A stretch of 64,000 bases of DNA from Candidatus Woesearchaeota archaeon (GTDB lineage Archaea > Nanobdellota > Nanobdellia > Woesearchaeales > GW2011-AR4). Location: positions 1,542 through 65,541 of the forward strand of contig JACPDF010000022.1 in assembly GCA_016184145.1 (NCBI GenBank), read 5' to 3'. Positions 28,795 through 38,901 of the stretch are shown here, one piece after another; the first letter of the stretch is position 1; each line of letters begins with the position of its first letter. The notes under the pieces are model-generated. The model saw only the letters and a program-made list of their open reading frames with translations. It was not told the DNA's origin and made no database searches. Both the position numbers and the translations under genes were made by a program.

Positions 28795-29665
28795 ACTGGT
28801 GCTGTACGTATTCTTCCGGGCTTTGTAGGTATTTTACAGACGGCTTCAGCCTTATCCTGTGCGCCAAAACAGAAACAACTGATTCTTCTATGTCATTAAA
28901 ATTCACTGATTTTCTTCCATGCAATAGGGCATTTGATTGGGACCTTTCGTACAACCCTAAAGATGCCCTTACAGAAGGCTTTTTTTCCAGATTCTTGTCT
29001 TCCCTCAATAATCTTACAAAATAAACCATTAATTCGAGCAATTTATTGCCAATGAATATACCATCAATTTTTTTGCCTTTTTCCACTACAATCTCTTTTT
29101 CTATGCCGATGTTTTCAGGATAATGCATGTAGATGAAATCAAATCTGTCAACTAAAACATCCGAGAGTTTTTCTGTTGATGTGTCTTCCGGATTCATTGT
29201 GCCAATAAAAATAAAATCAATTTCAAAATCAACATCATAGCTGCCAATGGTTGCTTCTTTTTCTTCCAAAACCTGCAATAAAGCGTTTTGGACTTTTTCT
29301 GGGCACCTGTTAAGCTCGTCAAAGAACAAAATTCCCTTGTCTGCCTTGAAAATCTTTCCTTTTGTAAATGCTTCTATGCTTAATGGGCCGAATTTAAGCG
29401 CCTTTACCGGATCTATGTCTCCAAGAAGGTCTTCTACAGTGAGGTCTGGAGAGCCCTGGACACGGACAAAAGGATTATTTTTGCCAAGAAGCTTTGCAAT
29501 ATTCTTTGCTAAAGTGGTTTTTCCTATTCCTGGAGGACCTACAAAGATTATATGCCTGTCTGCCAGCAAGGCTGATTTTACAGCCGACTTTACCTTATCC
29601 TGGCCAATAATGTCTGTGAAAGGGTCATTTTCCAGCAACCTTTTTTGCAGTTCTTTGTTTGCCAT
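28736..29665 (-). CDS. MoxR/ChlI-family AAA+ ATPase
   Basis: Walker A FVGPPGIGKTTLAK, Walker B FFDELNR, sensor region; about 309 aa. The pairing with a vWA protein is the classical MoxR-vWA arrangement. Confidence 0.8.
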   Translation of the reverse strand: MANKELQKRLLENDPFTDIIGQDKVKSAVKSALLADRHIIFVGPPGIGKTTLAKNIAKLLGKNNPFVRVQGSPDLTVEDLLGDIDPVKALKFGPLSIEAFTKGKIFKADKGILFFDELNRCPEKVQNALLQVLEEKEATIGSYDVDFEIDFIFIGTMNPEDTSTEKLSDVLVDRFDFIYMHYPENIGIEKEIVVEKGKKIDGIFIGNKLLELMVYFVRLLREDKNLEKKPSVRASLGLYERSQSNALLHGRKSVNFNDIEESVVSVLAHRIRLKPSVKYLQSPEEYVQHQFEKNIIDSEVLEEKKGDLL

Positions 29666-29735
29666 AGCATGTAATTAATATATAGCCAAAACTTAAGGGT
29701 AAGGCTTATTATTTTAAAAAGGTTGGGATTTGTCA

Positions 29736-29900
29736 GAGGTTGGTGCGAAATTCTCGCTTTGCTCGGGTTGCCATCAGTTCGCACTTAATGTTATTTGTTA
29801 TATTGACATCTCCCGTAGGGAGAGCATCCCCTCTGTCAATGTGCTTTCATTTTTAAGGGTGCTCACAAATTGATGGCAACCCTCATTTCGCACCAACCTC
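29736..29900. mobile_element. MITE-like element copy B (165 nt, terminal inverted repeats gaggttggtgcgaaat / atttcgcaccaacctc)
   Basis: Same length and architecture as copy A, with the same conserved core (gacatctcccgtagggagagcatcccctctgtca) in the same orientation. Confidence 0.65.
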
Positions 29901-29913
29901 GATTTGTCAAGAA

Positions 29914-31122
29914 CTATTTTCTACTAGTATATGCTGCATGCCTTCTTACCATGTACTTGAATACTATTGGGGCTAAGAAAGTGCTTATCATTGCGACTGT
30001 TATTATTATTGTAAAGATTGAAACTGTAATGATGCCGCTTTGCAAGGCTAAAGTGGCAATTACAAGCTCTGTATCCCCTTTAGGCAAAACACCCCAGCCA
30101 ACAATTAACCCCTCATTGAAAGAGCCCTTGCTCAGCATTACGCCAATTATAGTTCCAGCTAAAGTTCCAATGATATCAATGAAAGCAAATGTTCCAACTA
30201 GAAGCAAATTTGAGGATAAGGAAAATAAGTCCGTCTGCAAGCCAACGCTAACAAAAAATATGGGTATTAGGAATCCAAATGATACTATATGCAATGAATG
30301 CGAAAGCTCGTTTTTTCTCCATGGCTTCCTGTCTGCACCAGTAAGCAAGGTCTGCCTTACAAGAGCTCCTGCAATTAACGAGCCTATCAATGAGCCTATC
30401 CCTAATAACTCTGAGATGTATGCAACTGCAAGGACAATTATCAAAGCCCCCATGAATAAGGAAGCCTGTGATTTTTCTCTTTCGAATATCTTCAATGCAA
30501 AGGGAATAAGCGAGACTCGCAAGAGTATTACTAAAGCTACAAAAAATAGTATATTTATTGCCAATACTGTAAAGTCAGGTGTATCTGCAGTTGCTGAATG
30601 GAATAAAATCAAAACCGAGCTTATAAGGAGCAGCTCAAAAACATCATCAACGGTGCCGGATGCTATGATCAAATTTCCGATTTTGCTTTTTAGCAGCCTG
30701 ACTTCTTCAAGAATATCAAGGGAAATTGCCTGAGAACTGACTGAAACAGAGATACCCATAACAATTGATACTAAATTGTCAAAACCAAATAAAAATTTTG
30801 CAGCAAGAAAGCCAAAAGCAAATGGGATTAAGGTATTAAAAATCGCAATGTATGATGTTTCTTTCAGATTTTTTCTAAACTCCTTCAAATTAAGCTCCAA
30901 TCCAATAAAAAAGAACAGCAAAATAATGCCTATATTGGCCAAAAAGGAAAAAGATAAAGAAATGTCTTCTGTAAATAACATGCTTTTGAAAAGAGGTATG
31001 CCGAGGATTGCACCAGCCAAGATTTGCCCTATAACCCTTGGCAGCTTGAAATAGCGGAATATCTCTGATAAGATATAGGCAAGAACTAAAGCTATTAAAA
31101 TAACTAGCAAAACATTGCTCAT
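29914..31122 (-). CDS. Cation:proton antiporter (CPA2/KefB-like Na+/H+ exchanger)
   Basis: About 12 TM helices and the N-terminus LPRVIGQILAGAILGIP typical of Kef/NhaP-type exchangers. The antisense 29870..30733 ORF is rejected. Confidence 0.8.
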   Translation of the reverse strand: MSNVLLVILIALVLAYILSEIFRYFKLPRVIGQILAGAILGIPLFKSMLFTEDISLSFSFLANIGIILLFFFIGLELNLKEFRKNLKETSYIAIFNTLIPFAFGFLAAKFLFGFDNLVSIVMGISVSVSSQAISLDILEEVRLLKSKIGNLIIASGTVDDVFELLLISSVLILFHSATADTPDFTVLAINILFFVALVILLRVSLIPFALKIFEREKSQASLFMGALIIVLAVAYISELLGIGSLIGSLIAGALVRQTLLTGADRKPWRKNELSHSLHIVSFGFLIPIFFVSVGLQTDLFSLSSNLLLVGTFAFIDIIGTLAGTIIGVMLSKGSFNEGLIVGWGVLPKGDTELVIATLALQSGIITVSIFTIIITVAMISTFLAPIVFKYMVRRHAAYTSRK

Positions 31123-31168
31123 AAAGGTTCAATAGAAAATGAGGTTTATATAGTTTATGATTATTAAA

Positions 31169-31768
31169 TTAGGCTCTAAATTTGCCTTCCATAATTATTT
31201 CCTTTAAAGGCTTTCTTTGAGAAGGTATTTCCCTTTCCTGCAATTCTTGAGGCAAATCGGATTTTTTCCCCCTTTTTCCAATAGCTGCCATTGCCTCGAC
31301 ATTATAGACTTCTGGAATTCCCAGAGCTTTTTTTGCCTTTTCATAATCAAATCCCTGCATTCCATGTATGACATAACCTCTTCTTGCTGCTTCCAAAGCC
31401 ATGTTTTCCCAGGCAGCCCCTGCGTCAAAGCTGTGGGTTATTGATGGCTGGCCATTATGGTCAAAGGTTTTCTTGGATATAATAACAACCAAAACAGCGG
31501 CATTTTTTGTCCAGCTTTGGTTAAACTCCACCATTAAATTAAATAATCTATCCCAGTGTTCTGTATTTCTTTTTGCGTAAATAAAGCGCCATGGCTGGTT
31601 GTTGTAAGAAGAAGGCGCCCATCTTGCAGCTTCAAAAATAGCCATTAGCTCCCGCTCGTCAATTTCCGCCCCAGTCATTGCCCTCGGAGACCACCTGTTT
31701 AATATCAAAGGGCTTATATCGTAATCTGATTTTCTATGTTGCTTTATTTCATTTGAAAGCTTTTCCAT
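31169..31768 (-). CDS. Nitroreductase family protein
   Basis: RWSPRAM...FEAARWAPSSYNNQPWRF pattern. Confidence 0.8.
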   Translation of the reverse strand: MEKLSNEIKQHRKSDYDISPLILNRWSPRAMTGAEIDERELMAIFEAARWAPSSYNNQPWRFIYAKRNTEHWDRLFNLMVEFNQSWTKNAAVLVVIISKKTFDHNGQPSITHSFDAGAAWENMALEAARRGYVIHGMQGFDYEKAKKALGIPEVYNVEAMAAIGKRGKKSDLPQELQEREIPSQRKPLKEIIMEGKFRA

Positions 31769-31845
31769 AAAAAACCAGAATTTTTGCTAGATTAATAAAC
31801 TTTTTGTTTATAATGCAAAATAAATTAATTGTTTCAATGCTAATT

Positions 31846-32439
31846 TCATATCAAAAATCTTGTAAAAGAGATTGCTATTGCCGCAACCAACGGGATTATT
31901 ATATTATCATCAACCTGCTCTGCTCCTATTTTTATTTCAATGCTTTCTGCCAGCATTGCAAAAAAAGATGCTATTAAAGCTTCATGCCATGCCAAAAAAG
32001 CCAAGGAACCAATAAAGGCTGCTATAAAGCCTGCAATCATCCCTTCAATGAATTTTTTATCGGAAAAGGGATGCTTTATTCTTCCGTATCTTACCCCAAA
32101 TAAATGGCTTACACTGTCTCCAAAGGCCAAAACAAGTATGGCAGGCATTGCTATATCAAGAGGGAAAAAAGACAATGCCAGAAAAACTCCAATCAGATAG
32201 AAAATAACCCCTTTGCCAGGAAATGATTTTAAGTCTTTTTCCCTATCAAAATTCTTCAGAAACCAGTAAATTACCGGTATTTTGTGTTTTTTGCTCAGGA
32301 AGGATACAATTATGCCTATTATTATCAGGAAAAATATGTGGGTTTTATTGAGCAAGCCATAAATAAGCAGGGCTACTATAGCTGTCCCTAAGAACATATG
32401 AAAAAGCTGCCTTTTTGCTTCAAGCTCCTTATTATTCAT
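31846..32439 (-). CDS. CTP-transferase-family (CDS/dolichol kinase/CarS-like) membrane protein
   Basis: Polytopic protein whose C-terminal motif GDSVSHLFGVRYGR resembles the cytidylyltransferase signature. CarS cannot be distinguished from dolichol kinase from sequence alone. Confidence 0.5.
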   Translation of the reverse strand: MNNKELEAKRQLFHMFLGTAIVALLIYGLLNKTHIFFLIIIGIIVSFLSKKHKIPVIYWFLKNFDREKDLKSFPGKGVIFYLIGVFLALSFFPLDIAMPAILVLAFGDSVSHLFGVRYGRIKHPFSDKKFIEGMIAGFIAAFIGSLAFLAWHEALIASFFAMLAESIEIKIGAEQVDDNIIIPLVAAIAISFTRFLI

Positions 32440-33035
32440 TTTAAGAACTTAAATGGCCTGTATTTTTCCTCAATATAAATAATGAAAACCCCAATGAGAT
32501 AGCCTAAAAATGCCCCAAAAACAACATCACTTAAAAAATGGTACTCAAGGTATATTCTGCTGAACGCAACAAAAAAAGCGAATAAAATCCAAAAAAACTT
32601 TAATTTTGGAAATTCTTTGTTTAGTATTGGCAATGCTGCAAATAAAGCTGTTGCATGCAGACTTGGGAAGGAATAATTCAAACCGGTTAAAATTTGGCTT
32701 GTCTCTATTGGCCTTGGCCTCAATGTTATTATTTTAATAATATAAGAGAGTATAATAGAAATAAAAAAGGAAAGCCATAAAGGAAAAATCCATTCCCTCT
32801 TTTTTTCCTCCCATAAAAATAATGCAGTTATTAAAATAAATATTACAAAAATATTGATAAAATCTGTAAACCAGCCAAATATTATATCAAACAGGTTATT
32901 TTTTATTAAAGAAACCATATATTGGGCGTTTTTGTCTAAAAAAAATGATGTAAAAAAAAGGATTATGCCTGCTACTAACAAGACAATTTTATTTGACTTT
33001 TTCATTTTTTCTTTTTTCTTTCCCGATGCTTCCAA
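32436..33035 (-). CDS. PAP2-family phosphatase (phosphatidate / polyprenyl-diphosphate phosphatase)
   Basis: PAP2 motifs KxxxxxxRP (LRPRP) and YSFPSLHA (the PSGH-like motif), plus TM helices. Confidence 0.65.
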   Translation of the reverse strand: MEASGKKKEKMKKSNKIVLLVAGIILFFTSFFLDKNAQYMVSLIKNNLFDIIFGWFTDFINIFVIFILITALFLWEEKKREWIFPLWLSFFISIILSYIIKIITLRPRPIETSQILTGLNYSFPSLHATALFAALPILNKEFPKLKFFWILFAFFVAFSRIYLEYHFLSDVVFGAFLGYLIGVFIIYIEEKYRPFKFLK

Positions 33036-33613
33036 ATAAAATACACAAAAAACAAAATAACTAAAGCAACAAAGATTATATCCAATTCTTTTGAGTACTG
33101 ATGTATTTTATCCCAATGCTGGCCAAGCCTAAAACCGGCATATAACAATATAAGGTTCCATATAGTGGCCCCTAAAAATGTATATATTATGAATTTATGC
33201 ACGGCCATCTTTGCAATGCCGGCAGGTATGGAAATCAAATGCCTTACAACAGGAATAAACCGGCTTATGAATATTGTTTTTTGACCCTGCCTTTTAAACC
33301 AGTTTTCCGTCCATTCCAGATGCTCTTTTTCAAGCAATAAATATCTGCCATACTTTAAAACAAAAGGCCTTCCACCATAAAATCCTATATAATAAGAAAA
33401 CAAGGAGCCAAAAATAGAGCCGAGGCTGCTAACTAATAGTGCAAGAAAAAAATCAAACCTTCCCTGCAAAGCCAAGTAGCCGGCAAATGGCATTACAATT
33501 TCACTTGGAATCGGGGCTATCATGCTTTCCAAAGCCATCAGAATAAATAATCCAAAATACCCTGTTGTAGACATCCCTAAAGTTATATACTCAACAAGCT
33601 TCTCTACAATCAT
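33002..33613 (-). CDS. DedA/SNARE-associated family membrane protein
   Basis: GYFGLFILMALESMIAPIPSEIVMPFAGYL...GGRPFVLKYGRY pattern. Confidence 0.75.
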   Translation of the reverse strand: MIVEKLVEYITLGMSTTGYFGLFILMALESMIAPIPSEIVMPFAGYLALQGRFDFFLALLVSSLGSIFGSLFSYYIGFYGGRPFVLKYGRYLLLEKEHLEWTENWFKRQGQKTIFISRFIPVVRHLISIPAGIAKMAVHKFIIYTFLGATIWNLILLYAGFRLGQHWDKIHQYSKELDIIFVALVILFFVYFIWKHRERKKKK

Positions 33614-34644
33614 AATACATCATTCCTAATGGTTTTATTTTCGATTATTTTATTCGGCCATATTTTACATCCAGGATTTATGATGACATTTTTTGCCGTT
33701 ACATTATCTCCAATTATCGCTCCCAGCCTTCCAGCATTTATTCTTTTGTTTTTTACAATAGAAACAGTATTGTTTTTTGATATTATTTTCCCATCAAAAC
33801 TGACGTTTTCTCCAATTATGGAATCTTCAACAACGGAATTTTTGCCGATAATTGCATTGTCCATTATAATAGAATTTTTTATATTTCCGTTTATAATACA
33901 ATCGCTTCCTACAGAAGAATTTTTAACAAATCCCGTTATTTTCGAATTTTTCCCTATTGAATTTTTATTTTTCCTGAAAAATTTATCTGCTTTCAGCAAA
34001 TCCCACGGATAGGCCACAGGCAAATATTTTGTTGTCTTGATGCAATGGATTTTTTGTTTTTTTGCAAAATTAACCAGTGCATCTGGAAATTCATATTCTC
34101 CTCTTGGGCCTTTGCCTGCTTTTTCGACATACTTAAATATTTTCCCATCCAGCACATAGAGCGCCGTGCTGATTGAATTTGAGATAAACTTTTCTGGCTT
34201 TTCAATTATATTTACAAGAACGCCGTTTTTCTCCTGAACGACTCCGAAATTACCGGGATTTTTCACTTTTGTAACAAGGATGGAATATTTGCTTTTTATG
34301 CATATTTTTATATCCTGCCTTTGGTAAATATCATCCCCCATCATCAGGATAAATCTTCCATTAATATGGTTTTTGACAACGGAAACCGCATGGCCGGTTC
34401 CAAGCTGCTTTTTCTGCTCGATATATTTTATTTTCAGCTTGGGGTATTTTTCTAAAATAAATTTTTTAATCATTTCCTGCCCATAGCCAACAACCATAAT
34501 TATCTCATCAGCCAATCCCTTAACTGCTTCCAGGTTGCGCTCCAGGATTGCCTTATTTGCAGCTTTGAGCAATGGCTTCGGCCTTGTGAGTGTCAAAGGG
34601 TATGTTCTTGTGGATTTTCCCGCTGCCAGAATAACGGCCTGCAT
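33610..34644 (-). CDS. Sugar-phosphate nucleotidyltransferase with C-terminal left-handed beta-helix (GlmU/RmlA-like)
   Basis: N-terminal MQAVILAAGKSTRTYPLTLTRPKPLL and C-terminal hexapeptide repeats (IIGKNSVVEDSIIGENVSFDGKIIS...). Confidence 0.8.
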   Translation of the reverse strand: MQAVILAAGKSTRTYPLTLTRPKPLLKAANKAILERNLEAVKGLADEIIMVVGYGQEMIKKFILEKYPKLKIKYIEQKKQLGTGHAVSVVKNHINGRFILMMGDDIYQRQDIKICIKSKYSILVTKVKNPGNFGVVQEKNGVLVNIIEKPEKFISNSISTALYVLDGKIFKYVEKAGKGPRGEYEFPDALVNFAKKQKIHCIKTTKYLPVAYPWDLLKADKFFRKNKNSIGKNSKITGFVKNSSVGSDCIINGNIKNSIIMDNAIIGKNSVVEDSIIGENVSFDGKIISKNNTVSIVKNKRINAGRLGAIIGDNVTAKNVIINPGCKIWPNKIIENKTIRNDVL

Positions 34645-34645
34645 T

Positions 34646-35881
34646 TTACACCAGCCTTATATCATTTACATTATTCTTTACATTAGAAGCCTTTACCAGG
34701 GTTTTTATCAGGGTTTTTGCGTCTGCAAACTTCCTTTTTCCTGCTGCAAAGAGCCTTTTTCCTTTTACAAAGGTCTTTTTATGCTTTTTTTTGAATGCCA
34801 AAGCGTGCTTTTCATTTTTTACAGGAGGCCCGATAATTTCCACTTGCGTTGGAAGCTTGGTGTCTTTTAATGCATAATAAAATAAAGAATTTGGAGCATG
34901 CCACATCATATCGCTTTCCACTACCTTGAAGCCGCACCTCACCAATTCGTTTTCAATATAATGGAAAGCCTTCAGCATCTTTGCCCCTGCAACATCTGTC
35001 TTTTTCTTTAATGGCATAACATTTAGCATTACAAGATTACTGCCGAATTCCTTCCTGATGTCCTGCTCTGTAAGGGCTTTTACCTCGAAAAATTCCTTTG
35101 ACGGCTTTTTCAGAAATTCCCTGGCCTTGTGCTTTATAATCTCAAATTTTTCATGGTCCAAAGCAGCAGCAGCATTCCTGTCCTTCTGCACAGGGTCTAT
35201 AACAATGATGGGGCTTGTAAGCTTTGACTGGTTTATTTCGGAAAAAATATTTTTTCCCTTGTAATAGCCTTTAATGTCAATAACTTCCTTGTCCTTCCAT
35301 TTCGCGATTGCCTTAATGAGGGCTAAAAAAGAGCCGTAATAGATTGTAATTATCTCACACACATAGCCACTAAAGCCGCGGATGTAGCTTTCGGCGCCGT
35401 AAACTTTTGCTGCCTTGAAGAACTGTTTTGTGAGCCTAATCTCATCGTTCAGCTTTTTGTGTTTAAGGACGAAGTCTGAATGCAACGGAGAGACATCAGT
35501 TATATTTTTTGCCTGCTCTGCCTTCCTTATATCCAGTATAGGGACTATCTCAAAGGTAAATTTTCCTTCTTTTATCTGGAAATAGTCCCTTGAACCGTGC
35601 AATCTTCTTATCTTGAAATGCTTTTTGAGAAAATCTCCAAGAATATCTGAAAGCTGGTCGCTTTTATCCTTAAATATTTCATAGTTGAATTTTACAAAGA
35701 TGTCGGCATCAAAGGTCTTTAGCCATGTGTCTTTTGCCCCAGAGCCTCCAAGAACAGCTTTTGCGTGCCTTAATCCGGAATTTATCTTTTTAATCAGGCT
35801 GTCTGCCTTACCAAAAATCTCTTTTTCGTATTTGCTGTCCGGTCTTATTTTCCTTATAACTTCTGAGAGCAGCTTTTTCAT
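34646..35881 (-). CDS. cca: CCA-adding tRNA nucleotidyltransferase (archaeal class I)
   Basis: LLSEVIRKIRPD...AVLGGSGAKDTWLKTFDADIFVKF pattern; about 410 aa. Start taken at MKKLLSEV. Confidence 0.8.
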   Translation of the reverse strand: MKKLLSEVIRKIRPDSKYEKEIFGKADSLIKKINSGLRHAKAVLGGSGAKDTWLKTFDADIFVKFNYEIFKDKSDQLSDILGDFLKKHFKIRRLHGSRDYFQIKEGKFTFEIVPILDIRKAEQAKNITDVSPLHSDFVLKHKKLNDEIRLTKQFFKAAKVYGAESYIRGFSGYVCEIITIYYGSFLALIKAIAKWKDKEVIDIKGYYKGKNIFSEINQSKLTSPIIVIDPVQKDRNAAAALDHEKFEIIKHKAREFLKKPSKEFFEVKALTEQDIRKEFGSNLVMLNVMPLKKKTDVAGAKMLKAFHYIENELVRCGFKVVESDMMWHAPNSLFYYALKDTKLPTQVEIIGPPVKNEKHALAFKKKHKKTFVKGKRLFAAGKRKFADAKTLIKTLVKASNVKNNVNDIRLV

Positions 35882-35982
35882 GCATTTTTGTTGTCTATGT
35901 CCATATAAAAACATTTGTGTTTTTGCAATTTCAATTTAAATTAGAAGACAAGGGTTAGCCTGCTAGACAGAAGCGAAAAAGA

Positions 35983-38439
35983 TTAATCATTTATGATTTT
36001 GGCTACGCTGACTAATTTATCATTATCATCAAGCTTCATCAGCCTTACCCCCTGGGTGCTTCTTCCTATGACGGAAATCTGGGATATTGGCATCCTTATT
36101 GTTATCCCATTCATTGTTATAAGCATTATCTCGTCATTATCATCGACAGAATTTATTGAAATTACCTTTCCATTCCTTTCAGAGCAGATTATATTTTTAA
36201 CTCCTAAACCGCCCCTGCTTATCAGCCTGTATTCTGATATTTCTGTCCTTTTTCCATAGCCGTTTTCTGTTACAGTGAGCAGAGTCTTATCATCAGTCGC
36301 GACAACCATCCCTATCACATAATCATGTTCGGAAAGTTTAATCCCACGAACTCCCTGAGCAGACCTTCCTGTGGGCCTTACATCATTCTCGTTAAACCTC
36401 ACTGCTATGCCGTTTCCGGTAGCTAATATTATCTCCTTGCTGCCATCCGTAAGCTTTACGCCTATAAGGCTGTCGTTCTGCTCAAGGGATATTGCTATAA
36501 TCCCGGTTTTTCTTGGGTTTGAGTAGGCTGCAAGACCTGTTTTCTTTATTGTGCCATTCTTTGTGGCCATGATAAGATAATGGCTGCTGTCAAAATTCAT
36601 TACGGGTATGTATGCAGTCACATGCTCATTATTTTCCAGATTAACGAGATTTATTATAGCTTTACCTCTTGCCTGCCTTGATGCTTCCGGTATGTTGTAA
36701 ACCTTAAGCCAGTAAACCTTTCCCTTATTTGTAAACATCAGTATGTATGAATGGGTGCTTGCAATAAATATGTCCTTTACGAAATCCTCTTCTTTTGTTG
36801 TTGTGGCTATAAGCCCTTTTCCGCCGCGTTTCTGCTGCCTGTAAGCAGCAAGAGGCTGCCTCTTTATGTAGCCGGAATGGGTTATGGTTATCACGCAATC
36901 ATGCTTTTCTATTATGTCCTCTACTTCGAATTGCGATGCTTCTGACTGCATTATCTGGGTTTTTCTGCTGTCTGAATAATTCCCTTTAAGTTCAAGAAGC
37001 TCTTTTTTTATTATGTCCAAGATTTTTTGCGGCGATTGTAAGATGGACTTTAGCTCCTCTATCAGCTTGAGAAGATCTTTGTGCTCCTGCTTTACCTTTT
37101 CCTGCTCCAAAGATGTCAAGCGCTGCAATCTCATCTCTAAAATAGCAGTGCTCTGCTCTTTTGAAAGAGCAAAAGCTGATATTAATGCGTTGTTGGCATC
37201 TTCAACAGACTTGCTCTCTTTTATCAGCTTTATTGTCCTGTCCAGATTATCAAGGGCTATAATAAGGCCTTCAAGAAGATGAGCCCTATTCTGGGCCTTG
37301 TGCATATCAAACAAAGTCCTTTTTCTTACAATATCTTTTCTATGCTCAATATAGTGGCTTATTATCTGCTTTAATCCCAGCACTTTTGGTATGTTGTTCA
37401 CCAAAGCGACCATTATTATGCCAAATGTGACCTGCAGCCTTGAGTGCGTATAAAGCTGGTTTAGGATAACTTCCGGGTTAGAATCTTTTCTAAGCTCAAT
37501 CACAATCCTTATTCCATCCTTGTCTGACTCATCCCTTATATCTGATATGCCGTTGATTTTTTTGTCCCTCACCAGATCAGCAATATGGCTTATCATCTCT
37601 GCCTTGTTTACCATATAAGGAATTTCCGTTACAATTATCCTCTTCCTGTCTTTTATGTCTTCTGTCTCTGTTTTTGCCCTTACTATTATTTTCCCCCTTC
37701 CTGTCTTATAGGCACTTTTAATTCCGCTTGTGCCGCATATTATTGCTCCTGTAGGAAAATCAGGCCCTTTGATGTGCTGCATCAGCTGCTCTGGAGTGAT
37801 ATCAGGATTGTCAATCTGACTTATTACCGCGTTTATTGTCTCAGACATATTATGCGGGGGAATGTTTGTGGCCATGCCGACTGCAATCCCCGAGGAGCCG
37901 TTGACAAGCAGATTTGGGACTTTTGACGGCAGGACTAATGGCTCCTGGGATGTATTGTCAAAATTAGGCGCAAGCTTTACCGTCCTTTTTTCTATGTCCT
38001 GCAGCATCTCTTCCGCAAGCTTTGTCAATCTTGCTTCTGTGTACCTCATTGCGGCTGGATTGTCACCATCAATGCTGCCAAAATTACCCTGGCCGTCAAC
38101 CAAAGTATAGCGCATAGAGAAATTCTGTGCCATCCTCACAAGGGAATCGTATATTGCCGCATCGCCATGCGGATGAAATTCAGCCATAGTCCTTCCCACT
38201 ATGAAGGCTGATTTCCTGAATGGCTTATTGTGGAGCAAACCGGCATGGTACATTGAGTAAAGAATCCTGCGATGCACCGGCTTTAAGCCATCCCTTACAT
38301 CAGGCAATGCCCTACCAACAATAACAGACATAGAATAATCTAGGTAAGACTGCTTCATTTCATCTTCTATTATCCTTGGGATTATTATAGTTCCTGAGCT
38401 AAATTCCTGCTCTTTATTTTCATTAGTTTTTTCATCCAT
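35983..38439 (-). CDS. gyrA: DNA gyrase subunit A
   Basis: N-terminus [30 protein letters not shown] with the active-site Tyr region (AMRYTEARL) and C-terminal beta-pinwheel repeats; 818 aa. Confidence 0.9.
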   Translation of the reverse strand: MDEKTNENKEQEFSSGTIIIPRIIEDEMKQSYLDYSMSVIVGRALPDVRDGLKPVHRRILYSMYHAGLLHNKPFRKSAFIVGRTMAEFHPHGDAAIYDSLVRMAQNFSMRYTLVDGQGNFGSIDGDNPAAMRYTEARLTKLAEEMLQDIEKRTVKLAPNFDNTSQEPLVLPSKVPNLLVNGSSGIAVGMATNIPPHNMSETINAVISQIDNPDITPEQLMQHIKGPDFPTGAIICGTSGIKSAYKTGRGKIIVRAKTETEDIKDRKRIIVTEIPYMVNKAEMISHIADLVRDKKINGISDIRDESDKDGIRIVIELRKDSNPEVILNQLYTHSRLQVTFGIIMVALVNNIPKVLGLKQIISHYIEHRKDIVRKRTLFDMHKAQNRAHLLEGLIIALDNLDRTIKLIKESKSVEDANNALISAFALSKEQSTAILEMRLQRLTSLEQEKVKQEHKDLLKLIEELKSILQSPQKILDIIKKELLELKGNYSDSRKTQIMQSEASQFEVEDIIEKHDCVITITHSGYIKRQPLAAYRQQKRGGKGLIATTTKEEDFVKDIFIASTHSYILMFTNKGKVYWLKVYNIPEASRQARGKAIINLVNLENNEHVTAYIPVMNFDSSHYLIMATKNGTIKKTGLAAYSNPRKTGIIAISLEQNDSLIGVKLTDGSKEIILATGNGIAVRFNENDVRPTGRSAQGVRGIKLSEHDYVIGMVVATDDKTLLTVTENGYGKRTEISEYRLISRGGLGVKNIICSERNGKVISINSVDDNDEIMLITMNGITIRMPISQISVIGRSTQGVRLMKLDDNDKLVSVAKIIND

Positions 38440-38901
38440 TTTTTCTTCAGAAATTAGGCTTATTTGCCGTCGACAAAAGGTATATTTCTGGATTTATAAG
38501 GGTTGTGTTTTTTGAGTATTATTTTCTATATTGAAATTAATAAGACTTTAAGGTGCTTGCCACTTATAAGAAATGCATAAAGAATCATGATTTCTGCACT
38601 ATGCTTTCCCTGACTTTATAGCTATGACCACAATAAACACATCTCTTCTTGTTTTTTTCTGAAATCAAGCCAGTGGAATTATATTTCATCCTGTTTTTGC
38701 ATTTTGGGCATTTTAGGAGAAGCATCATTTTCGGCTGTCTCTAATCAATTTTTCATTATATAATATGATGATTAATTTTTACTATTATAGTTTGCTATTT
38801 TTTATTATAATCAAAATTTATTGAACAGTTGTTATTGCTTATTGAAATTATTGTTTATTTTTAATGAACATTTTATTATTTTTTATTAAGATGTTTTGAT
38901 T

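Noticed and set aside
29870-30733. 287-aa plus-strand ORF
   Set aside because: Lies entirely antisense to the Na+/H+ antiporter gene, which has clear TM-helix periodicity and family signatures. It also starts inside the MITE-like element.
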